Positions 41,912-53,252 of a stretch of 64,000 nt of DNA are shown here, in pieces. Made by a program: the position numbers and the translations under genes. Positions within the stretch are counted from its first letter, which is position 1, and the number at the start of each line of letters is the position of its first letter. Under the pieces are notes generated by a model that saw only the letters and a program-made list of their open reading frames with translations, was not told the origin of the DNA and ran no database searches. The DNA is from Eledone cirrhosa (Eukaryota): NCBI GenBank assembly GCA_964016885.1, contig OZ024740.1, positions 223,324,001 to 223,388,000 of the forward strand, read 5' to 3'.

Positions 41912-43879
41912 ATATATCTAATTTAATGTAATTTTATGAACTTATAACCTATAATTGAAATTTACTTTATTCTACTTTTTCAGCTTGGGTAAAATTCTAG
42001 CTGCTTCTTTTATACCAATATGCATTGTAACAAACATGAGATACATAGGTATGTGTTAGAAAAAGAGCTTGATGACTGTATATTTAGTTTTCAATGTTTA
42101 ACCAATTTGATACCAAATCACTTGAAATAACCATTTTCTACAATGCTCTCTCTTGCTCTGATCGATTAACAAGATCCCAGACCTCATTCGCTTCATTAGT
42201 AGGGTGGACCTCATCAAATCGAACCAAGGAAACAATGTTTCCATTAGTCTTTCCATTGCTGATACTATTTAGTGGTCGCAAATCCTGGCAGAAAGAGCAA
42301 TGTGAAATAAAGTGTCTTGCTCAAGGACACAATGTATCACCCGGCTTGAGAATTGATCTTGTAACCCGACAATTGTGAATCCAACTCTCTAAACACTAAG
42401 CCACACACCTTCAAAGCTCTTTATTCGAAAGCTTTTGAATTATTCTAAAAGCCTATCATGAATTTTATGTAAGAATCTTTACATTATGTTACAAATACCA
42501 GCTAAAATGGCAAAGTTATGTAACTATGTCCCACATAATTTTTAATTATTTCCAAAATTAGTAGGAAGTTATAAGCAGTGTTTTACATTAGAAAAGGGAT
42601 AATGAAATAGTTAGTGTAAATGTCATTTGTGTACATAGTTTCATGTACTCTTTGTCATTAAAGAAATGTAGGTCAGAAAGAAGAATAAAAAAACTCTTCT
42701 GGAGCTAAGAAGAATGATCTCAATATCTAGAATTGGATATCATCATCATCATTTGATATCCATTTTCACAATTTGAGAAAATATATATATATATAAACTT
42801 GATCATGGACTACAACTTGTAACATATTTTATTTCAGTTGTACTAATTGTATATGTTCTATAAATTTTTAGATTAAATTTCTATCCAATTCTCAAAGCAT
42901 TTTCTTATTCATGATTATTTATTCATCAATGATTTACACATCCTATAAAACTGGACAATAGTCTCCTCCTTCAAAACAAAATACATTCCATTTCACCACC
43001 ATCACCAACAACAACAACAGCCTAGTATTTTTTTATGTTTTTGTTTTCAACAAATGTTAATGATAAAATCTGAAAGGATCTTCAAAATTCTCACTAACAA
43101 AACAAAATGAATAGTTTCCACAAAACTGATAATGATTATCTGTTATTCTGAAAGAAATTAAATAAAATTGAAATTTGGAAAAATAAAATAAGCAATCAAA
43201 AATGCTTTTATTGCAGGTTGTGAATTGTTAATGGAGAAGTTATTGATAAAATCAGGGATTTTCCTCATCTGTCAGACTCTATGTCTGCTAATTGAATGTT
43301 GTTGGGCTTAATATTTTGCTTTTCAAAACAATGCCATTGATATTATTTCAAAGTAGATTTTCATGAAAAACACTGAGAATATATATATATATATATATAT
43401 ATGCGTGTGCATGCATGTGTGTGTATATACAGTTATATGAAAACAGTGATACTGATAAATATAATGAATACAGGAGGAGGTAATGGAAGTGACGATGTTG
43501 CTGATGACAATGATGGCACAGATAAAGATTAAATGATGACAGCAGTGATAATAGTGATCATATAATTATTACAATGATGACGATGCTAAGAATAAAGATG
43601 AGTTGTTAACAATGACAGTAATGAATATGATGATACTGATGACACTGCTAATTCACTGATAGAATATCATGTCAATTTTGATGATAAGATAATAACATGA
43701 AAGCATCAAAAACAATACCAAAAATATAATGGTTGCAGTAATAATTTACTTCTGTTTTACAACTTTCTTTCATTGTGTTATTGTATTTTGAATATTTACC
43801 ACAGGCTTCAACATTTTTCTATGCTTTTAGAGGGACGATTTATAATGAGATAAAGTTAATATAATATATAGAGAAATCA

Positions 43880-44110
43880 GGTTGAAAACGTGCTGGTACC
43901 AAAGGGAGTGGCTCTGTGTGAAAGGGAGTTTATATAATGCCTATGTATGAAATGCAATGGTGCATGGTAAATAGTGAGATATATGCATTTAATGCAGAGG
44001 ATGTGCAAAAAGTTAGAAAGAAATGAATTAAGCATGCGCCCTTAAGTGTGTAATGGGCATGCATAACGAAGCTTATAGGACTGGTGAGCAAAACTAGAGA
44101 TAATGCATAT
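43880..44110 (+). mobile_element. degraded RTE fragment
   Basis: KGSLYNAYV*NAMVHG / SEIYAFNAEDVQK / LERNELSM, homologous to 28416-28560. Confidence 0.55.
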
Positions 44111-45679
44111 GCAAGAAAATAGATTGCAGTAGTATAGATATGTAATGTGGATAGATGACTATTGTTAAATTAAGATATATCAGGAGTTCTAAGTGAAGGA
44201 AAGGTGTAGAGTTCAGCTGAGGAGGATTTGTGTAGAGGTGGTGAAAACAGATCTCAGGATGTTAATCTAATGATGGAGACAACAATGGAAAGAGAAAAGT
44301 ATTGGAATGCTGTACTTAAGAGAACTTGCCCAGCCTATGCAAGTATAAAAAAAGACAGCTATAAACATGGTGGAGGTGATGAGAAGATGAAATGGGTAAT
44401 ATTTTCCATTAGAAAGCCTGAGGAAAACGATGTTCATTATCAAAGAATAGCATAAAAATATTTTTGCATTTCTGAACCAATATTTTAACCTTTAACTCTT
44501 ATCATATGTCCAACCTTTCTATCTCAGTATTTCATTTGTTTTCAAAGAATTATGGATTTTAAAAGTGTGATATGTAGTCAAAATTCTCAGCTAGATTTTA
44601 CTACTTTATTAGCACTTTTAGAGATTAAGGAAGAGACCGAGGATTAATATAAAGGTAAGCTACTTGCTTGTAGGTCAAATCCATGACCCAAATTTTTATC
44701 TCAATTAAAACCAATTCACTTTACTTGGTATCACAAATGCTCTTTAGAAAGTGCAAGATCATATCATAACACTTTTTTCCTTTTCATTGTACATGTATGG
44801 ACTGGTGCTTGAGTGAAGAATCAATGATACAATTATAGATGTCAAGCGTGAGAATGAAAAGCTGTGATGATGATAATAAAGCTAGGAAAGATATAACACA
44901 AAGATGAGGAGATAAATATAAAAGTAAGACAATATAAAATGATAAGTGACCTCCATAATCGTTTCATTAAGGTAGAAATTAGATGCTATTCATTAGTCAT
45001 CAATCCTACCATCAGCACAACTTTCTTTGCAACGTTTTGTATCTTTCAGCTAGTAATGCTTGGAATTGGCAAAATATACAGTTATTTATAACCCCTCATC
45101 TATAAGTTTGTTCTATGAATGTATTTGTTCTCATAATACCAGCTATAATTAATAAACATAATGAAAATAAATAAGAATATTTTTGCAATAAATCTAATGT
45201 AAAAAAAGCAAGAAGAAATGATTTTCATTTTAAGCAACTTCCACAATCTTCAGAGTTTTGCAATAAAGCTTCATTCCAAGATAAAATCCATAGCTGTGTT
45301 TTTATTCAGGACGATTCTACAATCATTATGCTACTACCTTCACTTGCAAACAGCAACTGAGGAGACTAGCATGCCATCTTGTCTTTCTTAACAAAGAGGC
45401 GAATACCCGCAGATGAAACAATCCCAAATGCCTAATTTATGTAATGTGTAACATCATTACCTAACATTCTGCACATAACTATAACTGCACCTATTGGTGC
45501 ATGACAAGCAGATTGGGATCATAGAAACTGTTATATTAGTCCGAGTATCATACCATCTTACCCTCACAAAATCATCTTCCTCACTGATTACCAAAAGTAT
45601 ACACTGACTAGAGTTCGAATTTTAATAATTTGAAATTAGTTGTGCATCATCAAATGAGTGGGGTCTATTCAACTAGTTT

Positions 45680-45680
45680 C

Positions 45681-45742
<62 letters not shown>

Positions 45743-45817
45743 TTCTGTCTCTGTGTGTCTCTGTCTGTCTGTGTCTCTGTCTCTGTCTGTGTGTGTGCAT
45801 CTGTCTGTCTGTCTGTC
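45680..45817. repeat. (TC)n followed by mixed (TG)/(TCTG) microsatellite
   Basis: Directly visible; abuts the 5' end of LINE copy 1. Confidence 0.95.
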
Positions 45818-45992
45818 GTTGATAGTAGACGTCTTTCACATCGGCTCTTCGATTTTGAATCATTACTTCGTTATTTGTGAGTGTATTATTTAAATTGTGT
45901 TACTACTGTTGACTCTAACCCCTCGTCTGGGACTGTAGACGTAGGGTAAATATATTTTCGCCCCTTTTGGGGTGAAAATCTTTAATTTTTAA

Positions 45993-47575
45993 ATGTTTAT
46001 CGATATCGTTAAAAACGAGGAAGCCATATTGCAAGCTAACGCCACGTCCACCAAAAAAAGCGAGAAAGAGGGAACAACAATTCAAACTGTTGAACAACCC
46101 CTCCTCTCGAATGAAAAAAAGACTATTGATTCGAGTGAAAACCCAAATTTAAAAAATAATAACAGGGAAAAAAATACCACAAAAGATGGAACCAACAACA
46201 TTGCAACAACAAACAACAATGAACGAAGCGAAAGCAACAAAGACAGCAAACTTTCTTTTGTCCAAACGGTCAGAAAAGCGACCGAATACAAGCCCATACA
46301 TATTACTAACGCTAAGCAGAACTTGCTAAATGCCAGAAAATACGTATCTTTTGGGGAGGATGGTTCTTTTACGATCAACTCCCCAGAAGAAGTTCGTCAA
46401 CAGGTATATAGGAATACCATAACCTTCAGGACTATATCCAACGCAACAAGAAAGCCAGCTCAATTGACAGAAAGTCAAATTTAGGTGGTTCTGAAATAAA
46501 TAAAAAAAGACATACTCTTTATTGAAAGAGGAAAGCTGTATGCCAGCATTATGGTCCGTATGAAGGACGAAATGCTGGCTCAAAAATGCTCGGTGGCACC
46601 TATAGCGTCACCACAATACACCTTCTTCCCCACATATAAAGGAAGAAGAACACAAAGACTAAGAATGTGGAGCTCAACGCCAGAAGTAAACATCTGGGCC
46701 GTCCTGACAGGATTCACGAACCTAGAAAAGGACATCCTAATATCAGCAGGTGAGTCCACCAGTGAGTCGGGGGGAAAAGTCTGGAGGTTCTCTTACAGAT
46801 GACACCCGAGAGAATCGCCGGAATACCCGACCGAGTACTCCTGGATGGTCGAACCTTTATTAATATTACGGTGGAAGGCAGAAGGCCCTCATGTTACTAC
46901 TGCGCTAGCAGAGTTCACCTGAGGACTGCCTACCCTCTACTAACAACAAAAAAAACCACTGCTACAAACACCACAACAACAACAAAAACAACCAGCACCA
47001 CCACCACAAAAACAACAAAATACACCACCATCACCACCACAACGACAACAAAAAACAACAACACCACCTCCAGCACCACCACCACAACAACAACAACATC
47101 AACGACAAAAGCACAAGAAAACAACCCAAAACACGGTCCCAACCAGCCCCTCCCCACAGAACACAAATATGAAAACATACGCAGTGCAAACACAACCTGG
47201 CAATATACCCCTCCCCTCCAATACGGAAGAGGAGCTCATATCCTCGGAAGACGAGGGGGCTCCCTTCCAAAAAGTCAAAAGGAAGAAACGTACACACACC
47301 ACACAAACAACAATAACCCCACCTGACAACACAACACAGACAACAAAACGCAAGCTCACTCAAGAAAAACAAGCAAAAACAAACAACAACACAAAACTCT
47401 ACACATACATAAACAAAAACAATAAAAACTTAACAGAAAAAATAGACAAAAACTCTTCGGTACAAACCGAAGGGCCGAATTTTGCAATAGAAAATGGGAC
47501 TCCCTAACCTGAAAATGGTGAAGGTCCCACTTGACATTTTCAATACATTGAAAAACATTTACCCTGAGGACGTGG
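45993..47575 (+). pseudogene. ORF1 (gag-like) of LINE copy 1, disrupted
   Basis: Chained ORFs 45993-46484, 46551-46802, 46799-47326, 47169-47507; CYYCASRVHLRTAY knuckle at 46892-46933; Thr-rich linker; C-terminus deleted. Confidence 0.8.
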
Positions 47576-47576
47576 G

Positions 47577-50500
47577 ATTTGCGAGGCCCGGATCAGCAGC
47601 GTGCGACAACTAGCCCCCACTTTTGATGACTTTGAGATGCACGCATCTTTCTGTCAGCCCGGATGGGGGGTGGGGTTGTCGTTCTGCTGCAAAAACATCT
47701 GGGTCTCGCTACACAGAGGGTAGACTTGGAGCCGGAGGGTCGACTAGTGGTTCTGGACCTTGGCAGTAGTGAAGGCGAAGCTTTTTAGGCTTGTCGCCGT
47801 TTACGCCCCTTTTGGGGCAATGCGGTCGGACTTCTTCAATCGTCTGGAGACTTTTCTAGGGACGTCCCGCTCCTTGCTTTTAGTGGAGGACTGGAATGGT
47901 ATCCTAGATGCATGTTGGGATTATGTAGGGGCATGTCCCGATAGAGGGGGTGTAACAACCTCAAGGGGTTAATCAGCCGATTTGACCTGGCCGATAGATA
48001 TCGACTAGATTTTCCGACTGTGCCAACCTGGACTTGGACAAACCATAGCTGTCAATCTAGATCGTACCTTCATAGGTTCTTAGTTAGAATTAAGGATAGG
48101 GGACTTTTTAAGTTGTCCAGAAATGCTCATGGTTGACTATTCAGGCCACAAGTTAGTGACCTGCATAGTCCACCTTGATAGAAAGCATAGGCAGGGACCC
48201 AGTTACTGGAAGCTCAACTTGTCCTTACTGGCAAGTAGAGTTTACAGGGACCGGATTAGAACCTTAGTTAAGGAGCGGTTGACGGGCGCCATCGTCAACA
48301 GCAGGTGGTGGGGCTCTCTGAAAAGAAAGATTAGAGTAGTTTCAATAGGAGTTAGTAAGGAGTTAGCCTCAGATAGAAATAGGAAGAAAAGGGAGTTGGT
48401 AGTTAATGTTGAAGAGGCAATTAGATAGAAGTGGCAATGTGGACAGAGTGCAAGCGTCGATAACGGCCTTGAGCCAGTTCTTCGACGCTAAACCCGAAGG
48501 CTGCGTTGTCCGAAGCAAAATACATGCTCTGGAAATGAGTGGACCAAAGCTGTTAGCTGGGCCCGAGTGACAGAAGCCAAAAGTGGGATTAGATCCACTA
48601 TCCGGCCTTTTCAAGATCAGGATGGACGGGTGATCCTTGAACCTAAGCAAATGTGCGAGGCCTTTCAAAAGCACGTTGCCCGATTGTTCGGGAGGGGTGG
48701 GGGGCCGGTTGGAGATGTGGATTTCGTTCCATACCTCGACGGCCTGCTGCGTCTTTCAGACAAGGAGGCGAGGTCCTGCGATGGGCCGATCTCAGCTGCT
48801 GAAATAGGGGACGTGCTGAGCCTATGCGGCAAACGCAAATCTCCAGGGCTCGATGCTCTGCCCTACGAACTATATATTAATATGCCGGACTTGTTCCCCG
48901 ATCTCCTCGAGGCGGTCTACTGCAACTGGCAATAGAACGGGAGAATTCCCTGTTCTGTGATCTGTGACCAAGTGCGTGGTCTCGCTAGTGAGGAGGGACG
49001 AGAACAAGGGGGATGACATTAGTAATTTTAGGCCCATAACTATGCTAAATGCAGAGTTAAAGATTTTGGCCAAGGTGTTAGCGAAGAGGTTGGCGCTTGT
49101 CGTGGGGGGCCTGGTGGGAGATGCGCAGACATGCGCTATCCCGTCCAGGTCCATCCACGACAACCTCCACCTCATGCGATACAACATAGAGAGAGTTGGT
49201 AACGAACCCTGCTTTGGTGGGGCCCTGATATATTTAGATCAGTCTAAAGTTTTCAATAGGGTGGACCATGGTTACCTGGATGCGGTGCTAGCGGCGGCTT
49301 GTTTCGGACCCGTTTTCAGGGGCTGGATCACTGCAATGCACAGCAGCCGCATCTGCTCCAGAGTCAAGGTGAACGGCTACCTCTCGGAGCCGTTCGAAAT
49401 CACCCGCTCCATACGACAGGGGTGCCCTCTCTCCTCCCTTCTGTATGTATTGGCTCTCGAGCCACTACTGCGGAAGTTGGGGTTGTTGCAGGGCATCCCT
49501 TTGGAACCGGGATTGCGCAAAGCGGAGTCGGCCTACGCCGATGACGTAACAGTAATGGTGTCGACCACCGCGGAAATCGAGGCAATCGGCACCTCACTGG
49601 AGGAGTACGAAAGGTTGACATGGGCTAAGCTGAACCGGGACAAGTCAGTCGCTTTGCAACTCGGCGAGTGGAGGGGCAAACCGATGCTGTCCGACGGTAT
49701 CGTGGGACGGTGGACGGAGGGCCCGGTGAAGTTGCTTGGGGTCTGGTTCGGACCGGACCTCCAGGTGGAGAAAAACTGATGTGAGGTGACGAATAGGGTG
49801 TTTGCACTGACCCAGAAGTGGGCCGAGTGCAAACTATCCCTGAAAGGTCGGGCGGAGTTGGCGAACGGTTATATAGCGTTCGTCATCTATTACCGCTTGA
49901 CTGTCGTGCCTTGCCCGGGCGATATCCTCGCCAAAATGGAGCGCGCTCTCTTTCACTTCCTTTGGAAGAAGGGGTCTCCCCTGGTGAGGAGATCCATCTG
50001 CTGTCAACACCCTTTGAAAGGAGGGCTGGGGATGCCGTGGCTAAAAATGCGTAAACACGCATTGAGGCTACGGCACCTCCACGTATTTCTCACCCGTCGA
50101 CCGGTGTGGGCCCCGTTTGTGAGGCGAGCCTTCCCGAGGCTCGTCTCGCTCACCGAGCTGCAGTCCTGGGTGAAGCAAAGACTAAGAAAACTGGGCGACT
50201 GGCACACCGAGCGTGCCCAGGCGCTCACGGCTCTCTGGCAGGCAGACCCGGCTATCGGTGGAGACTCCACCTCGTCATTCTATAGAGGGCTGGTAGTTAG
50301 CAGGTGCGACGACGCCCTCGGAGAAACCCTAGGCATGGAGGAGGACGAACTGGCCAGCCTATTCGGTAGGACTTTCGGCCCGGGACCTATGGACAACTTC
50401 CAGAAGTCCTTGACCTGGCAGTGCTACCGAGGGGCTCTGCCCGTTCGGGATAAGCTCTACGGACATGGGCGCCCGGGTAGGGACCCCTCGAAAAAGATCT

Positions 50501-50912
50501 GTCCCAGATGCGTGCGCGACGAGGAAACCGTCGCGCACGCATTGGTGCACTGCCCGGACGTTACCGATCTGTGGGCCTATGTCGAACAACTGCTGTCACA
50601 GGTGGGACCAATCAGGTTGACCACCGAGTCCATTGTAACGATCAAGCCGCCTCCCCCTTCAAAAATGAAGGAGAGGCGGTCTTCCTCTGCGTAATAGCCG
50701 TGGCAAAAGAGGTTATATGGTGGACGCGTCTAAAAGGGCTGAGGTCGGACACATTTCTTTCCGGCCAACAACTGGTCCTTTTCTTCTGATACCATTTCGG
50801 AAGGATCAGGTTGGAGAGAAAGGTGCTCCACTCCAGCCAGTTTTATGAAAGGTGGGTGAAAGTTGCGAGAATGGCCCGTGTGAATGGGCCTTCTCTCTAC
50901 CTCAGCCTGTAG
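47577..50912 (+). pseudogene. ORF2 (APE endonuclease-RT-zinc finger) of LINE copy 1, disrupted
   Basis: RLVAVYAP, (G/E)DWN, WKLN, KSPGLD, FRPITMLNAELKILAK, RQGCPLS, YADD at ~49533, LLGVWF, LKGGLGMP, CPRC..EETVAHALVHC; start deleted, several frameshifts and stops. Confidence 0.92.
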
Positions 50913-51142
50913 GTGGAGAAGGAAGAAGGGAACACCCTCTCTTTGTGCTACCGTGGAGAAGGGTCACACATTTTTTTCGGGGGTGTGTGTGACCCCAAAA
51001 CGATCCCTCCCTATTGAGGACCTTCTTGTTACAATTTTATTTATTACACTTTTCTTACTCGATTTATATGTAAACTCCCCCCCCCCCGCCCCCCATGTAC
51101 ATGTCCCTTTCTTTTGTGCCCTCGTGGCAAATAAACAGAAAT

Positions 51143-51327
51143 TTGTCTGTGTCTGTCTCTGTCTGTATGTGTATGTGTGTGTGTGTGTCTGTGTCCGTCT
51201 GTCTGTCTGTGTATGTCTGTCTCTCTCCGTGTCCGTCTGTCTGTCTGTCCGTGTGTCTGTGTGTCCGTGTCTGTCTGTCTGTCCGTGTCCCTGTCTGTCT
51301 GTCTGGGTGTCCGTGTCTGTCTGTCTG
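51143..51327. repeat. mixed (TG)/(TCTG)/(TCCG) microsatellite spacer between the two LINE copies
   Basis: Directly visible; same composition as 45739-45817. Confidence 0.95.
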
Positions 51328-51530
51328 TTGACGGAGGTAGACGTGTATTAACGAGCTCTGTGTTTTACATTAGTTTTACCTTGTGAAGAGTGAGTTTTGG
51401 GATTTATTTTTCTATTGTGTTATACTTTAACCCCACGTTTGGGCCTGCAGACGTTAGGGTTATTATTATTTTCGCCCCTTTTTGGGGTGAAAGTTTTCTT
51501 CGTACAATTTTGTGAACTCAGCTTGTAGTA

Positions 51531-53229
51531 ATGGACGGCATTAATACCATGGTGCCACGCTCCCCAACGAAAAAAAAATCTTCGAGGAAAAATGAAAGCA
51601 CAAAGTGCCCAGCTCCCCCTCCTTCCTTTAACGAAAAACGTTAATAAGGAACAACAGACAACAACCGAAAAGACAAAAATTGGAATAATACCAGCAACGG
51701 AAAAATTGTCGATACCAATACGAACACCAAAGTGAACAGCGACAACAACAACAATAACAAGAAAGACAACGACAACAAAATGTCCTTTGCGGAAACTGTA
51801 AAAAAATCACAAGTGTTCCTACCTTTCGATTTAACCAACGCAAAGCAAAAGTTGGAAGAAGCAAAAAGGTATGTGACTTTCGAACCCGATGGTTCATTCA
51901 GCATTAATTCCCCTGAAGAAATAAAAAGAGAAATTGCCACGAGCACGGTGGTGTTCAAGACAATCTCGAATGCTACAAAATACCCAGTAAAACCATCTCA
52001 GAGTGAGATAGAGCTGGTTTTAAGGAACCAAATGGAAAGCATTTTGTTCATTCAAAAAAGAAAACTCTTCGGTAGCATCTCGGTGCTTATGAAGGATCAA
52101 GAGACGGCGCAAAAACATTCTATTGCGTCCATTGTATCCACCCACTTCCCCTTTTTTCCCGTCTTACATCGGAAGAAGGTCTCAAAAAATAAAATTCAAC
52201 TGCATAAGACCCAAAGTAGACACTTGGTGGCTACTTTGTGGCGTTTTAGACCTTGACCAAGAAATTATAATCTCAGGTGGAAAGTCCCCCAGAGAGGTCT
52301 TTAGTGGGACCAGCGTAGAAGTTCTGGTGCAGATGAGCCCAGAAAGGATAGCGAAGATCCCACAGAGGGTAGGTGACCCGCGTGTTACCACTGCGCAAGC
52401 AGAGGTCACATGAGGGCTGCATGCCCTCAACTGATAAAGAAGAAACCATTATTACAAACACCACAAACAATAACACCACCAACACCACAAACAATAACAC
52501 CACCAACAACAACCACAACAACAACATCAACAACAACAGCTCAAGAAAACAACACAAAACACGGTCCCAAACAGCCCCTCCCCTCAGAACACAAATATAA
52601 AAACACACGCAGTGCAAACACAACCTGGTAATATACCCCTCCCCTCTAATACGGAAGAGGAGCTCATATCCTCGGAAGACGAGGGGGTTCCCTTCCAAAA
52701 AGTCAAAAGAAAAAAACGTACACACACCACACAAACAAAAATAACCCCACCTGACAACACAACACATACAACAAAACGCAAGCACACTCAAGAATAACAA
52801 ACGAAAACAAACACAACACAAAAACTCTACACATACATAAACAAAAACAATAAAAAACTTAATAGACAAAATAAACAACAACCTTTCAGTACAAACCGAA
52901 GGGCCGAATTTTACAATGGCAATGGGTCTCCCTAACCTGAAAATGGTGAAGGTCCCACTTGACATTTTTAAAACATTGAAAAACATTTACCCTGAGGATG
53001 TGGGGCCACTCTGCACCAAGCCACACAACTACGTCCTCCTGAAAGGTTTCCCCTCCCCTCCTCAAACACCCACACGATTCCAAACACCCCAACCCCTCCA
53101 CACACTAATAACCCCACACCACCACAAACCACCACGCCACCCAACAACCCCTCCACCACGCCACTCAACAACCCCTCCACCACCCCCTTGGAAACTGAAC
53201 ACCCCGGACCCCAGGACGCAGAGAGATAA
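51531..53229 (+). pseudogene. ORF1 of LINE copy 2, disrupted
   Basis: MSFAETVKK..DGSFSINSPEE homologous to copy 1; intact CX2CX4HX4C knuckle CYHCASRGHMRAAC at 52383-52424; start codon uncertain. Confidence 0.8.
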
Positions 53230-53252
53230 GTGCCTCTCCCTTTACCACCAAC

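Larger units (their letters stand above)
45818..51142 (+). mobile_element. L1-clade Tx1-like non-LTR retrotransposon, copy 1 (near full length, defective)
   Basis: 5'UTR, ORF1 with degenerate zinc knuckle, APE endonuclease, RT and C-terminal CCHC finger, 3'UTR with AATAAA at ~51130; microsatellite on both sides; GC/CpG-rich relative to the flanks. Confidence 0.93.

Noticed and set aside
45310-45420. RFYNHYATTF.. peptide resembling a Penelope GIY-YIG C-terminus
   Set aside because: Too short and degenerate to support on its own.
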